Origin: a virus
Direction: 5' to 3' (one strand)
Virus record (IMG/VR): IMGVR_UViG_3300005264_000064
Location: 38,938-102,937 of that record
Length of the DNA: 64,000 bases
The stretch's first letter is position 1; every line of letters starts with the position of its first letter. Shown here in pieces: positions 17,696-26,861 of this stretch. Under the pieces are notes generated by a model, which had not been told where the DNA came from, searched no databases, and saw only the letters and a program-made list of their open reading frames with translations. The position numbers and the translations under genes were made by a program.

Positions 17696-19939
17696 TTAAA
17701 ATCTTCTAATTTGCTTAAGTATAGTTTTCTCTAGACGTTCTTCGCTTAATGGGGATACCCAGAAGTCGTTGATGTCTTTGACTAAGTCGATGATTTCTTC
17801 TACTGAAGCACCTAATTCTTTGGCATGGTGTGCTGCTGAAATTAGTCGACGAGATCCCTGTCCGTCAGGTGCGTCGTAGGCATAGTTGAATGTTGCCATA
17901 GTGTCACCGAGGGCTGAGGTTTTCTGAGCTGCTGTTAGGGCCTTCGTTGTTGAAGGATTCTTCGCTGTGTCGTTAGCGTGCATAATGTGGTCACGTACCT
18001 TGATCGGTGAGGCGTCTGTTACGGACAGTACTGGAGATGTCGAGTACGAGAAGAATATCTGTGACTGAGGTAGTGGATCTACATTAAGAGCTAGCTCACG
18101 AGCTATTGACTTGTAGAACGGAATCCATGCGTCGCTGTCTAGGGTGACGACGGCTTCTAATTCGACAATGACACGAAACTTAAAGTTATTTTCAGGGTCT
18201 GACGATAGGGCCACGTGGTGGTTGATGTCGGATAGAATGAAGTGAGCTTCGTCGGCGGTTATTGTGGAGTCATCGATGTCGAGGACTAGCCATTTGGTAC
18301 CTGGTAGGAGGTTGTCCTTATTTCGGATACCATCCTTGAAGCGGTACGGACTATAGGCAAAGTCTCCTTTTAAGAGGTCACCTAGTTCAGCGAACGTTGT
18401 TTCTGCTACCTCGAGACCGGAGTTTGCTGTAGAGGCTACCTTATTTTTGGCAGCGTCGATTAGCTTTTTGTCTTTAGTAGGTACTGCATTGAATATAGGG
18501 GTGTTATCTATTTCTTTATAGGTAATGTTGATTGCCGTTACTGGTTCAATGCCTTCATACGTAATGCCTGTTTCTGATGCTGTATAAACACCGTTAACAT
18601 CGTAAGAAGCTGATAGGTGACAAAGATCTCGTAGTTTTTCGATCATGCGTCCTACCCCGTTTATGTACCCTAATTTACGTAACATGTGCAGAGATGCTGT
18701 AGATTGGTTGTTAACTGCGTTTGCTCGCATATAGTCGGAGAATAGTTGATATGGCTCTTTGATGAGTTCGTTTTCGAAATTTGATAAGTCGTCAGCTAGT
18801 AGTTCACAGAAGTTGATGGCATGGACATAGTCTTCTGGCTCAATGCGGTCGTGTTGATTGTAGAGGGCGTAAGCACCTGCCATTTTAAGTGCCTTCCATT
18901 GCATATGTTCACGTGAAATTGTAGCTATTGGGTGTAAGGGTGACATTGTAAGCGCAACTTCCTGGTTGTAACGTTTATACGTGGCGAATAAGAAACGTAC
19001 CTTAGGGTTTACTTCTAGTGGTTGTCCTAGATGTTTTAGTCCCCACTCAGTCACTATTTCGACACCAGTATTTACTACGGCACGTGCCTCTAGGGCTTTG
19101 TCGTCTATTGCAATTTCTGCTTGTATCATCTCCTCGTTGCTTGTGTAATGTACGAGTGGCATTTCCTCAGGGTTGAAATTGAAGAATGAACGTCTAGCGA
19201 GGCGGTTGGAAAACTCCTCACGAAAGAGGTTCTTGGATACCTGGCTTTCGAGTAAGTTTGCCTGAGAGCCTGCGAATACTGCTGATACAGGAAGGTTGCG
19301 GATAGAACGTCCTTGCTCCTCCTTGGCTCCAATTAACTTGACTTCCTTGTGGCCCGTGTCATAGACTTCTGACATAAAAAGCATAAGTTCTTTGGCGTTT
19401 CCTGATGCAAGTTCGCTTGTTACTTCACCAGTGTAGATAAAACCACCGCCGATACCGGAGTCTTCAAGGTCATTGAAGTGCATAGTCAGACCCTTGATTG
19501 AGGATGCTGATGATGCAATGATGTCTTCTGGTTGTCTATAGAACTCTTCATAGTTTTCTGGTGCTCTAGGGTTGTCAACTCCTGCCTCCATGGCTCTACG
19601 GATTGCAAGGTTTGTTGCTTCTACTTGTCTGCGAGACTCTAGTTGGTCGTAGCCTGATTTGAAGCATTTACGTGCTGCGTTGATTGAGGAGTCTTTTCCT
19701 TTTCCCGACTTTGCAAATATGAAAGTTAGGCAGTTGACGGGGATTAGTCCGCCATCCCAGTGTTGGATATTGCGGCGTAGATGAGATGCAAACAGCATTG
19801 CTTCTGTTGCAGCGATAGTTAATTTCATTCGGTGAGGTATTGCTGCAGGAATAGCCTCTGCTACTTTGGTGACTATTGGTGCATATGTATTTGACAAAGC
19901 TCCTGCTTTTAGAAGTTCGTCTCTTGTTATATCTAGCAT
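17696..19939 (-). CDS. helicase-primase fusion (N-terminal P-loop DUF3987-like, C-terminal AEP primase-like)
   Basis: FAKSGKGKDS Walker A; LVLDIDD and KFRVI primase motifs; helical C-terminus. Confidence 0.7.
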   Translation of the reverse strand: MLDITRDELLKAGALSNTYAPIVTKVAEAIPAAIPHRMKLTIAATEAMLFASHLRRNIQHWDGGLIPVNCLTFIFAKSGKGKDSSINAARKCFKSGYDQLESRRQVEATNLAIRRAMEAGVDNPRAPENYEEFYRQPEDIIASSASSIKGLTMHFNDLEDSGIGGGFIYTGEVTSELASGNAKELMLFMSEVYDTGHKEVKLIGAKEEQGRSIRNLPVSAVFAGSQANLLESQVSKNLFREEFSNRLARRSFFNFNPEEMPLVHYTSNEEMIQAEIAIDDKALEARAVVNTGVEIVTEWGLKHLGQPLEVNPKVRFLFATYKRYNQEVALTMSPLHPIATISREHMQWKALKMAGAYALYNQHDRIEPEDYVHAINFCELLADDLSNFENELIKEPYQLFSDYMRANAVNNQSTASLHMLRKLGYINGVGRMIEKLRDLCHLSASYDVNGVYTASETGITYEGIEPVTAINITYKEIDNTPIFNAVPTKDKKLIDAAKNKVASTANSGLEVAETTFAELGDLLKGDFAYSPYRFKDGIRNKDNLLPGTKWLVLDIDDSTITADEAHFILSDINHHVALSSDPENNFKFRVIVELEAVVTLDSDAWIPFYKSIARELALNVDPLPQSQIFFSYSTSPVLSVTDASPIKVRDHIMHANDTAKNPSTTKALTAAQKTSALGDTMATFNYAYDAPDGQGSRRLISAAHHAKELGASVEEIIDLVKDINDFWVSPLSEERLEKTILKQIRRF

Positions 19940-19959
19940 AGGATTCCTTTATTTTATTT

Positions 19960-20186
19960 ATGTAATTAAATGGATAGTACACGGTACTGAAAAATTTCTG
20001 AAGGAATTGGTCTCCAGGTGTTAACATGTGCTGCCCATAGTGGTGTCCAAACAATTTAGAATAAATTGTTCGGGGAGCCACGGTTGGGCAGCACATGTTA
20101 GTGAATAGCGTTGTGTTACATAACCGATGTAGGCTACTACACTATCCGGTGTGCTTATTCTACCGATACTACCCATTTAATTACAT
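19960..20186 (-). ncRNA. retron-like msr-msd ncRNA (copy A)
   Basis: About 26-nt terminal IR (19960-19986/20161-20186), G20160 opposite G19987, motif GTAGTAGCCTACATCGGTTATGTAAC, perfect 16-bp msd stem 20022-20037/20085-20100. Confidence 0.85.
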
Positions 20187-20397
20187 TACTGCTACCAGAA
20201 ACCTACACGTACGAGACTAGCTCTATGCTAGACATGTGTTGAACTGCATTGAACCTGAGAGATCTCTCGTAGAGTAGATTCTGGGTTCATTCAGTTCAAC
20301 ACATGTGGTCATAAGCAGTTTATAGATAGCCGATGGAGGCTACTCCACTTACGTGTGTGTTGTTTATTTCTACGTGTAGGCTTGTGGTAGCAGTAAT
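20185..20397 (-). ncRNA. retron-like msr-msd ncRNA (copy B)
   Basis: 27-nt terminal IR (20185-20211/20371-20397), G20370 opposite G20212, motif GGAGTAGCCTCCATCGGCTAT, perfect 15-bp msd stem 20232-20246/20292-20306. Confidence 0.85.
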
Positions 20398-20534
20398 TGA
20401 GTCCTGCTGAACTGTAGGCATACCCTGGCTTTCTCCCGTCTACAGGATTTTAAGAATATGTGTAACGGAGTATGTACACCGCCTATTGTGGTCGGATCTC
20501 TGTTACAAAGAATTTCCAGGAACTGTTAGTTTGG

Positions 20535-21278
20535 TTATCTGAGAGCTCTTGGTAGTAAGAGTCTTGACGAGGTGACTAAACCTCCGAGTGATGGACCATT
20601 TCTTTGGTGTCTGGCACATCTGATTTTCTTACGTATTTTTCTGGTAGGTGAAATACCTTCTGATCCTACCATGACTCCTAGAATACGACGGTTGCCGAAT
20701 TTGGCGTGATGTATACGGGTTTTAGCCGGGTTGATGGTAAGTCCGTAGTCTGACATGACCTCGGTGACTATTGCTATTGCTTCGTTGAGTTTTGTATATG
20801 ACGAAGGCGGAAAAGATAGTTGGATATCATCGGCGTATACCGTAAGTTTGTAGTCTGTATAGTATATATCGAATATGTCGCAGATTTCTTTTACCGGTGT
20901 AAGTAGATATATGTTTGCAAGCATAGGAGAGGTTGCAAAACCTTGTGCAAGAGTACCATCCGTGTGGGAAAAATGCTCAGGGTTTTCTAGAGGTACGTTA
21001 ATGGCATCTATTTTGATTGTGTCGAAACAATTAGATATGTCGAGGCCGATAGTATGGGCGTAGCCTATGTGCTGGATAGCTGCTGTTACACAGTTCCTGT
21101 CTTTGATGAATCCATGGAAAATTTTGTTGTCTCCGAAAAGTTGCGTTTCTCTTGAGTTAAATAGTGCTGACAACGTTGGTAATATGTTACGCTGTGTAGC
21201 TAGCAGATCTGCGTCAGGTGCACATATTCTACGATGTTTGCCGTTCTTTTTCTTTATAGTAAATTCACGGTATGTCAT
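20535..21278 (-). CDS. retron-type reverse transcriptase (minimal, 247 aa)
   Basis: IKKKNGKHRRICAP, HGF..DRNCVTAAIQH (region X-like), LDISNCFDTI, LAQGFATSPMLANI, YADD, INPAKTR, RRILG (region Y-like). Confidence 0.92.
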   Translation of the reverse strand: MTYREFTIKKKNGKHRRICAPDADLLATQRNILPTLSALFNSRETQLFGDNKIFHGFIKDRNCVTAAIQHIGYAHTIGLDISNCFDTIKIDAINVPLENPEHFSHTDGTLAQGFATSPMLANIYLLTPVKEICDIFDIYYTDYKLTVYADDIQLSFPPSSYTKLNEAIAIVTEVMSDYGLTINPAKTRIHHAKFGNRRILGVMVGSEGISPTRKIRKKIRCARHQRNGPSLGGLVTSSRLLLPRALR

Positions 21279-21287
21279 GTATGTCCT

Positions 21288-22523
21288 TTATTCGGGGTAT
21301 GCTTCTTCGTGGTATTTCGCTAGTTGTTCGTCTGTGAGATTAACAAGGATAGCTTTATCTACACCTATTGCGAGTAGCTCTTCTTGCATCACAATCTTGT
21401 CATACTCACGTACTGCTAGCTCGTCGTTGATTTCTTCGTAGCCTTCTAATATTGTTGTAACTAAATCTTTGCGTGAATAGATACTGTAATCGGTATAGTC
21501 CAGGTTAAAGAAGTCGTCTATCGTATGTGCCGCGGCATATAATTTTTCTAAAGGTAGTTGCTCTAGCTCAGAGAGTTCATACATCTTTGGCACATCTGGT
21601 CGTTTTACACTCATTCCTGGTAGTTGTGGAGTTTTAAGCCAGCTGCCTGCGGAAGTATAACGGAACGTAGACGGTGATATTGCCTTCTTTGTTACGTGCT
21701 TAGGGTTAATTAAGAGAAGCGGTAATAGAGTAGTTTGTAGGATGGAAACCAAGGCTGTGTTATGGGTTTCCAATAAGGCCGAATTCTTAGCTCTAATTTC
21801 GTAGGGTGTATCTTTGCATTGTCCTAGTAACCTTTCTACTGTACTCAGTTGTATGGGTACTCCCAGTGCTATAGAGTGACAGCGTGCTTCTGTATACGTT
21901 GTAGTAGACTCTGTTGAGTTTACGATGCGATACTCTGTGTGCGCTAAGTTGCACTGCCCATTGTCGATAGCCATAATTGATGCAAAATTCGGTGTTAGGT
22001 TACCGGATGTTAATGGGTATACTATACCTGGCTCAGTGATCGTACGGTCTAGATCTGTACCAGAGAATGATTGTCGCGCAGAGCCTCCAGGATGTCTGTG
22101 GATACTGTTGACTGTTGATGTTACAGGTGTGAATTTTACGTTGAACAGATCTTCTAGTTGCTGCTGGAGGGATGTACCCAATAGCTTAGTTACCTGAGTA
22201 GTGTGTACTGGTCTTATTTTCTCTGATGTGGCTTTGACGTCTTTTAATTCGAAGTCGATGTGTGCACTAGTTACCTGTTGTGGGTAATTGAAGAATACTG
22301 TCGGTACTGCGACGTCGAGTATTGAGTCGTCGGCTGCTATGTGCCTGAAGACTAGAGCGTAATAGTGCACTTGGAATTCGTTGGAAATTGCTGCAGGGCC
22401 TGACCGTGTGTAGATTTCCTGTAGGGTTGCTTGGTTTAAGAGTAGAACTCCTTGATGACGTGATGACTCGTAAGTCTGGAAGGTCTTCTTAGTCTTCTGT
22501 TGTGGTGGTATTATTGGCTTCAT
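21288..22523 (-). CDS. JAB/MPN-domain metallopeptidase (deubiquitinase-like)
   Basis: N-terminal NEFQ glutamate and SIHRHPGG....FSGTD (HxH-x-S-x2-D). Confidence 0.7.
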   Translation of the reverse strand: MKPIIPPQQKTKKTFQTYESSRHQGVLLLNQATLQEIYTRSGPAAISNEFQVHYYALVFRHIAADDSILDVAVPTVFFNYPQQVTSAHIDFELKDVKATSEKIRPVHTTQVTKLLGTSLQQQLEDLFNVKFTPVTSTVNSIHRHPGGSARQSFSGTDLDRTITEPGIVYPLTSGNLTPNFASIMAIDNGQCNLAHTEYRIVNSTESTTTYTEARCHSIALGVPIQLSTVERLLGQCKDTPYEIRAKNSALLETHNTALVSILQTTLLPLLLINPKHVTKKAISPSTFRYTSAGSWLKTPQLPGMSVKRPDVPKMYELSELEQLPLEKLYAAAHTIDDFFNLDYTDYSIYSRKDLVTTILEGYEEINDELAVREYDKIVMQEELLAIGVDKAILVNLTDEQLAKYHEEAYPE

Positions 22524-24102
22524 CGAATTCCTTTATGACATCCTGTAGTGGACGTAAGTATTTAGTTGTCAGTTTAGCGATCAGCTCAGCGCGGGCTACT
22601 TGTGCCATGCGGTAATTTTTAAAGAAGGGGTCTTTTAGAGTACTGAAGTTATCACAGGCAACTACTTTAAAGTAACCAGAACCGACGTATATTGTAGTAA
22701 TATCCGTTGAGGCCATGTTATCTTTAAACAATTGTTCAAAACGTCTTTCTGAGATTAGTGCGGGGACCTCCAGTTCTATGACATAGTGTTCGTCTTCATC
22801 TGTGTACTTTAAGCTTATTTCTTGCTGAGTGTTTGGTTGTAGCTCCAGGTAAGCGTGTATCTCTTTGTGGTAGTATGCTGCTTGTAGTGTTGTGCAGTCT
22901 TGTAACTTTTTAAGTTGGATAATAGCTGCGGCAGGACTGTTGTTCTTGAAAACAGCTATGTGCTCGGCTGGAAAAACTACTGGAGGAGTGGGTTCTTTTA
23001 CTATCGGTGTGTAGTCTTCTATGTAACCTGCTTTGTGGTAAAGGAACATCGAGGTATCAATGCATTGGTCAGCGTATAGAAGAGCTCCTGGTCGTATCAG
23101 TGTACGGTTTAGTGGTGAACCTAAGTATGAGTGATTGAGCGTTGAGAGTCCTTCAAGTGTTTGCTTCGATTGGCTGCCTGTACAGACGTTATTGAAGATT
23201 ATGCGATTGTCGTCTGCTTGGATAGTTGAATATGATATATTTGCTGCTAGAAACGGGGTTATCTGGCAACACTCGCCGTTAGCGCCTGGAGTTAGACGGA
23301 GTATTGATGTTCCGTAATAGGGAGCAATGTTTCCTCTTGTTAGTAATTGGTGAGGAAGAGTGTAGTGTACTGCGGCTGGGTCGTAATATGAGTTGTAGTT
23401 CTCAGGTATGTCGACTGCTGGCACTGTCTTGACTACTGTTACTGATGTGCTATCTTTACTTGGTATTACATCTGTAATTTTAGAAGTGTCTAGTATAACT
23501 TCTGTGTTTTTCTTAGAAAGACGTAGTAAGTTGGTAACAGCTGTTGATACCTCGGCTACGGTAGTATTGTAGGACTTATACGTCTTATCCATTGCTTTTC
23601 TGTTAGGGTAGAAATAAACTAGGACTTTAAACTTTATGTTTGAATACGTAGATGTAGTTAAAATAGCAGACGCTACCAGTGGGTGGAGTGGGTTAATCAT
23701 AAGTGCTTTACTCTTTACACCCCGCAGTACTACACCGTAGAAGTTATTGCCGGCCTTTTTTATTAGTGTATTTATTATAGGTATTGCTTCTTTGATGGTG
23801 TATTCACCATCGAGGGTTAAAATACTTTTTGTGATACTTGTGAAGAACGCTGTACCGTTTGATTGTTCTGGATTGAAGTCTGTACCTAGTCGGCCGCGAC
23901 TGACTGCTAAGCGCTTATAGACGTTTGTGTTTGTGTATATCGGAGTGATGGGTACACCCTTCTTATAGAACATCAGGGGCTCTTGGTTGCTGGGTTGTGC
24001 GCTGAAGGTAGGTACGGCGACTGCTTTTACAAACTCCTTGAACTCGGCTTTGTGCAGGCGTTGTATGAAAGTATCGCTAGTTCCGGTTATTTGATTATAC
24101 AT
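22489..24102 (-). CDS. putative prokaryotic E2-like protein
   Basis: TPFLAANI...NNVCTG resembles the E2 PxxN...VCxG active site; lies between E1 and JAB genes; start MYNQ with an AAGGA SD. Confidence 0.5.
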   Translation of the reverse strand: MYNQITGTSDTFIQRLHKAEFKEFVKAVAVPTFSAQPSNQEPLMFYKKGVPITPIYTNTNVYKRLAVSRGRLGTDFNPEQSNGTAFFTSITKSILTLDGEYTIKEAIPIINTLIKKAGNNFYGVVLRGVKSKALMINPLHPLVASAILTTSTYSNIKFKVLVYFYPNRKAMDKTYKSYNTTVAEVSTAVTNLLRLSKKNTEVILDTSKITDVIPSKDSTSVTVVKTVPAVDIPENYNSYYDPAAVHYTLPHQLLTRGNIAPYYGTSILRLTPGANGECCQITPFLAANISYSTIQADDNRIIFNNVCTGSQSKQTLEGLSTLNHSYLGSPLNRTLIRPGALLYADQCIDTSMFLYHKAGYIEDYTPIVKEPTPPVVFPAEHIAVFKNNSPAAAIIQLKKLQDCTTLQAAYYHKEIHAYLELQPNTQQEISLKYTDEDEHYVIELEVPALISERRFEQLFKDNMASTDITTIYVGSGYFKVVACDNFSTLKDPFFKNYRMAQVARAELIAKLTTKYLRPLQDVIKEFDEANNTTTTED

Positions 24103-24110
24103 GAGGATCC

Positions 24111-25724
24111 TTAAAAATTGTTTGCTTCGGTTGTTGTCATTACGAGATTGTTGTGGTCTAACTGCCAATGGTAGTTACGATCCGGACGGAGTTTTAGTGT
24201 GCCGTCGAATTCGAAATCCATGATGTGTTTATCTGCTTCATGTAAGTCTTGGTCTGAGGCTAATAATTTTAGTAGCTCGATCGTCATTTGTAATTGGTTC
24301 ATAAAGAATGATCCAAGTTGTATGATGCCGTATGTCTCAATTTGGAGATCCATATTTTGTTTAGGGTTAAGCCAAATTGAACATGACGTGTTGGCATGAG
24401 TTGCGCAGATTAAGGGACCAATTTTTGCAAGTTCGTCCCTGTACTCGATTCCGGGTGCGCCGTATAGTACTGTGTTATCTACTACGTGCTCTGTTGGGTG
24501 TCTCTTTACTATTTCTGAAGATATATATTTCTTTGCTGGTAAGTATTGTTCGTGTATTTCTAATGTTCTTGAACCGAGGTTTTTTAGTAGAGGGGTAATA
24601 AGCTGTATTTTGTTCAGGTTGCCTCTGGGTATGTTATAGGCAGAACTGTCTAGTGGGAAACGCAGCATGTTAGAATACTCTACAGATTCTTTTTCGAATA
24701 CTGCTACTTTTGAAAATATTTTATAGGTGCTTGTCAGCTTTGTTAATTCTGATAGCCAATAAGCTGTGTTCATTCCGGTACCCCCCGCCCCAAGAAATAC
24801 GAAGTTTAACTTCTTTCTTTTGACTTCTGTCAGTAGCTGTTTAATGTCCTTTAGGGTGTACCCGAGAACTCTAAGTAGCTGGTCTGTAGGGACTTTTTTT
24901 ACGTTTAGATACTCTGCTACAAATGGTGAGATAGCTACTGCCGTTGATGGTATATCGCTATTTTCTTGGATTTGTTTTTTGTCGCCGTTGTATCTAAACA
25001 TTAATCGAGGAAAGAAGCTGTCCATTACTACGTTGGAAAGTCCTGACTTTGGTCTGTCGAAGAATGCATAACGTACACGAATTTGCTCTGATAAATAGCT
25101 AGAAAATAGATGCATGTCGGCTGTTGTTATTTTGTTGTACTTGCCGTTAGAGTCTCTGTGCAGGTATGCTGGAGCTCGTAAAGTGCCGTAGACGGAGCGT
25201 CCTACATATTTATTTGTAGGGTTATGGTAAGCAACCATCGAAATATAGGTGCCATGCCCTGCTGTAAAAATTGCATGGGCACTATACTCTAGTAGTTCGA
25301 GGGTGCTTATAGGCTCAAGGTAATCGCTACTAATGCGTACCGGCTCCCGTCTGCAGGAAACTGACATACAATAATAAGTGTCTGGTTGGTCTTGGGGAAT
25401 AACTTTAGTCAACAGAGCATCAGGGTGGTTCAGGAAAACCTCATATCTTTCACTAGTCTGTAGCGTTGCCAGTACTACTGCGGGATTAGTGACTTTGTAC
25501 ATCTGCGGGACGTTACGCAGAAGTGTACGTTGGCCTTCTTCTGTTGTGAAATCTAAGGGTACTGGTCTTGCTACATCGTTGTCTTGTGTGTCTATTATTG
25601 TGTACTGTTCTGTGTCGTCGTGTGTCTCCACCTGCATCTTGACTGTGCCTGGTAACCAAGTTAGGATCTTCTTCAGTAGTGCTGTGTTTTCTTCGGTGAC
25701 TGGTGTTGATATATTATATGTCAT
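24111..25724 (-). CDS. ThiF/E1-like adenylating enzyme with long N-terminal extension
   Basis: FVFLGAGGTG Rossmann loop and FEKESVEYSNMLRF (DxDxVExSNLxR-like). Confidence 0.7.
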   Translation of the reverse strand: MTYNISTPVTEENTALLKKILTWLPGTVKMQVETHDDTEQYTIIDTQDNDVARPVPLDFTTEEGQRTLLRNVPQMYKVTNPAVVLATLQTSERYEVFLNHPDALLTKVIPQDQPDTYYCMSVSCRREPVRISSDYLEPISTLELLEYSAHAIFTAGHGTYISMVAYHNPTNKYVGRSVYGTLRAPAYLHRDSNGKYNKITTADMHLFSSYLSEQIRVRYAFFDRPKSGLSNVVMDSFFPRLMFRYNGDKKQIQENSDIPSTAVAISPFVAEYLNVKKVPTDQLLRVLGYTLKDIKQLLTEVKRKKLNFVFLGAGGTGMNTAYWLSELTKLTSTYKIFSKVAVFEKESVEYSNMLRFPLDSSAYNIPRGNLNKIQLITPLLKNLGSRTLEIHEQYLPAKKYISSEIVKRHPTEHVVDNTVLYGAPGIEYRDELAKIGPLICATHANTSCSIWLNPKQNMDLQIETYGIIQLGSFFMNQLQMTIELLKLLASDQDLHEADKHIMDFEFDGTLKLRPDRNYHWQLDHNNLVMTTTEANNF

Positions 25725-25775
25725 TTATGTTTCCTTGTGTTTCTCTACAGTGGAGCTCTCCTGAGAGGGCTATGT

Positions 25776-26663
25776 TTAGAGGAGTTTATTAATAAGTTCT
25801 TCGCGTAGTGCGGTATACTCATCGTCTGTGAAATTCCTGGTGTGTTCGAGGTTGTGGTCACGTATGTACTTGTCATAGAAGTAGGCGCACTCTTTAGCCG
25901 AATCCGCAGTGTGGATTTGAACCTCTATACCCCTTACCTTAACACGTGCTCTGTACGTAGTTTTATCGTGTGATGTAAAGCTTACACCGCGGTAACCTGA
26001 CGTGTTGCTGCTGCGTAAAAGCCTGGTGTTTCTTTGTTGTATGGTTTGTGCAACCCATCGACAGTTGTCTGGGGAGTACCCTTTACTGTTATTAATTCGG
26101 TCTATTGTTAAGTTACTTGCGTAGCCGTTGGCGAGAGACCACTCAAAAAATTTTCTGCGGTCTTGTGCCCATTCATCACATACTTTAATATTAGTAGTTG
26201 TGTAATAGTCATTACCTTTTCGATACTCCCCTGTTCTATTGAGCATATTATTGAAAATATGGTATAATCGATGCTTATTTGTAATACCTAAGTCTTTATA
26301 CTTCTGTGTTTTATTTCCTCGTATACTATCTGTGCATGCTTTACACCCGTAGCGTGTGAATAGGTAGGGTCTATATTGTACTATTGACTTACTACCGCAG
26401 TGTTTGCAGAGCACTTCGCATGTCTTATGTCCATCAACAAATTTTGTTATGTAGAGGCCGTTATCCTTACTGTTGTGTGCGGCTACGTAATCTACTACCT
26501 TTTGTTGCCTAGCTTTCGCTAATTCTTTATTGATGCAAGTAAAGCATGGTTTATGCTGTGCTCGTTTTGCTGTGAAATAGCCAGTTGTCTGTGTTTGACC
26601 ACAGACATGGCAGGTAACCTCTGCTTTTGATTTATCGTCAGTGTGTCTGATGATTGTTTTCAT
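25776..26663 (-). CDS. HNH homing endonuclease with AP2-like domain
   Basis: IKVCDEW, LTIDRINNSKGYSPDNCRW, NTSGYRGVS; own -10 TATAAT at 26696-26691. Confidence 0.85.
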   Translation of the reverse strand: MKTIIRHTDDKSKAEVTCHVCGQTQTTGYFTAKRAQHKPCFTCINKELAKARQQKVVDYVAAHNSKDNGLYITKFVDGHKTCEVLCKHCGSKSIVQYRPYLFTRYGCKACTDSIRGNKTQKYKDLGITNKHRLYHIFNNMLNRTGEYRKGNDYYTTTNIKVCDEWAQDRRKFFEWSLANGYASNLTIDRINNSKGYSPDNCRWVAQTIQQRNTRLLRSSNTSGYRGVSFTSHDKTTYRARVKVRGIEVQIHTADSAKECAYFYDKYIRDHNLEHTRNFTDDEYTALREELINKLL

Positions 26664-26719
26664 TTATCTTCCTTATCCTTGATATGAAGTATTATAGCGG
26701 AGGTTACCTTCAGGTTAGT

Positions 26720-26860
26720 TTAATTAGGGTGTACACCCGATTTTGATTTCGCTTCACTAACTCCGCCTTCTACAGACGTAATAGTTATTTGCTCTTCCTC
26801 ATTCTCTGCCATTTCTTCGATTAGGGCGTCTAAGTCGAATTCTTCTGTATTGTCAGCCAT
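26720..26860 (-). CDS. small acidic protein (46 aa)
   Basis: MADNTEEFDLDALIEEMAENEEEQITITSVEGGVSEAKSKSGVHPN with an AAGGAG SD. Confidence 0.6.
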   Translation of the reverse strand: MADNTEEFDLDALIEEMAENEEEQITITSVEGGVSEAKSKSGVHPN

Positions 26861-26861
26861 T

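Noticed and set aside
19668-20096. 142-aa minus-strand ORF over ncRNA copy A
   Set aside because: It overlaps the helicase-primase out of frame, has no SD, and the sequence is explained by RNA structure.
20535-21278. RT as part of a diversity-generating retroelement or group II intron
   Set aside because: It has QGFATSP rather than the DGR GNxxSQ motif, no TR/VR pair or maturase domain was seen, and it is too short. The DUF1566 gene has no visible template repeat.
25724-26720. Group I intron around the HNH gene
   Set aside because: The flanks are too short for an intron core and the neighbouring genes look intact.
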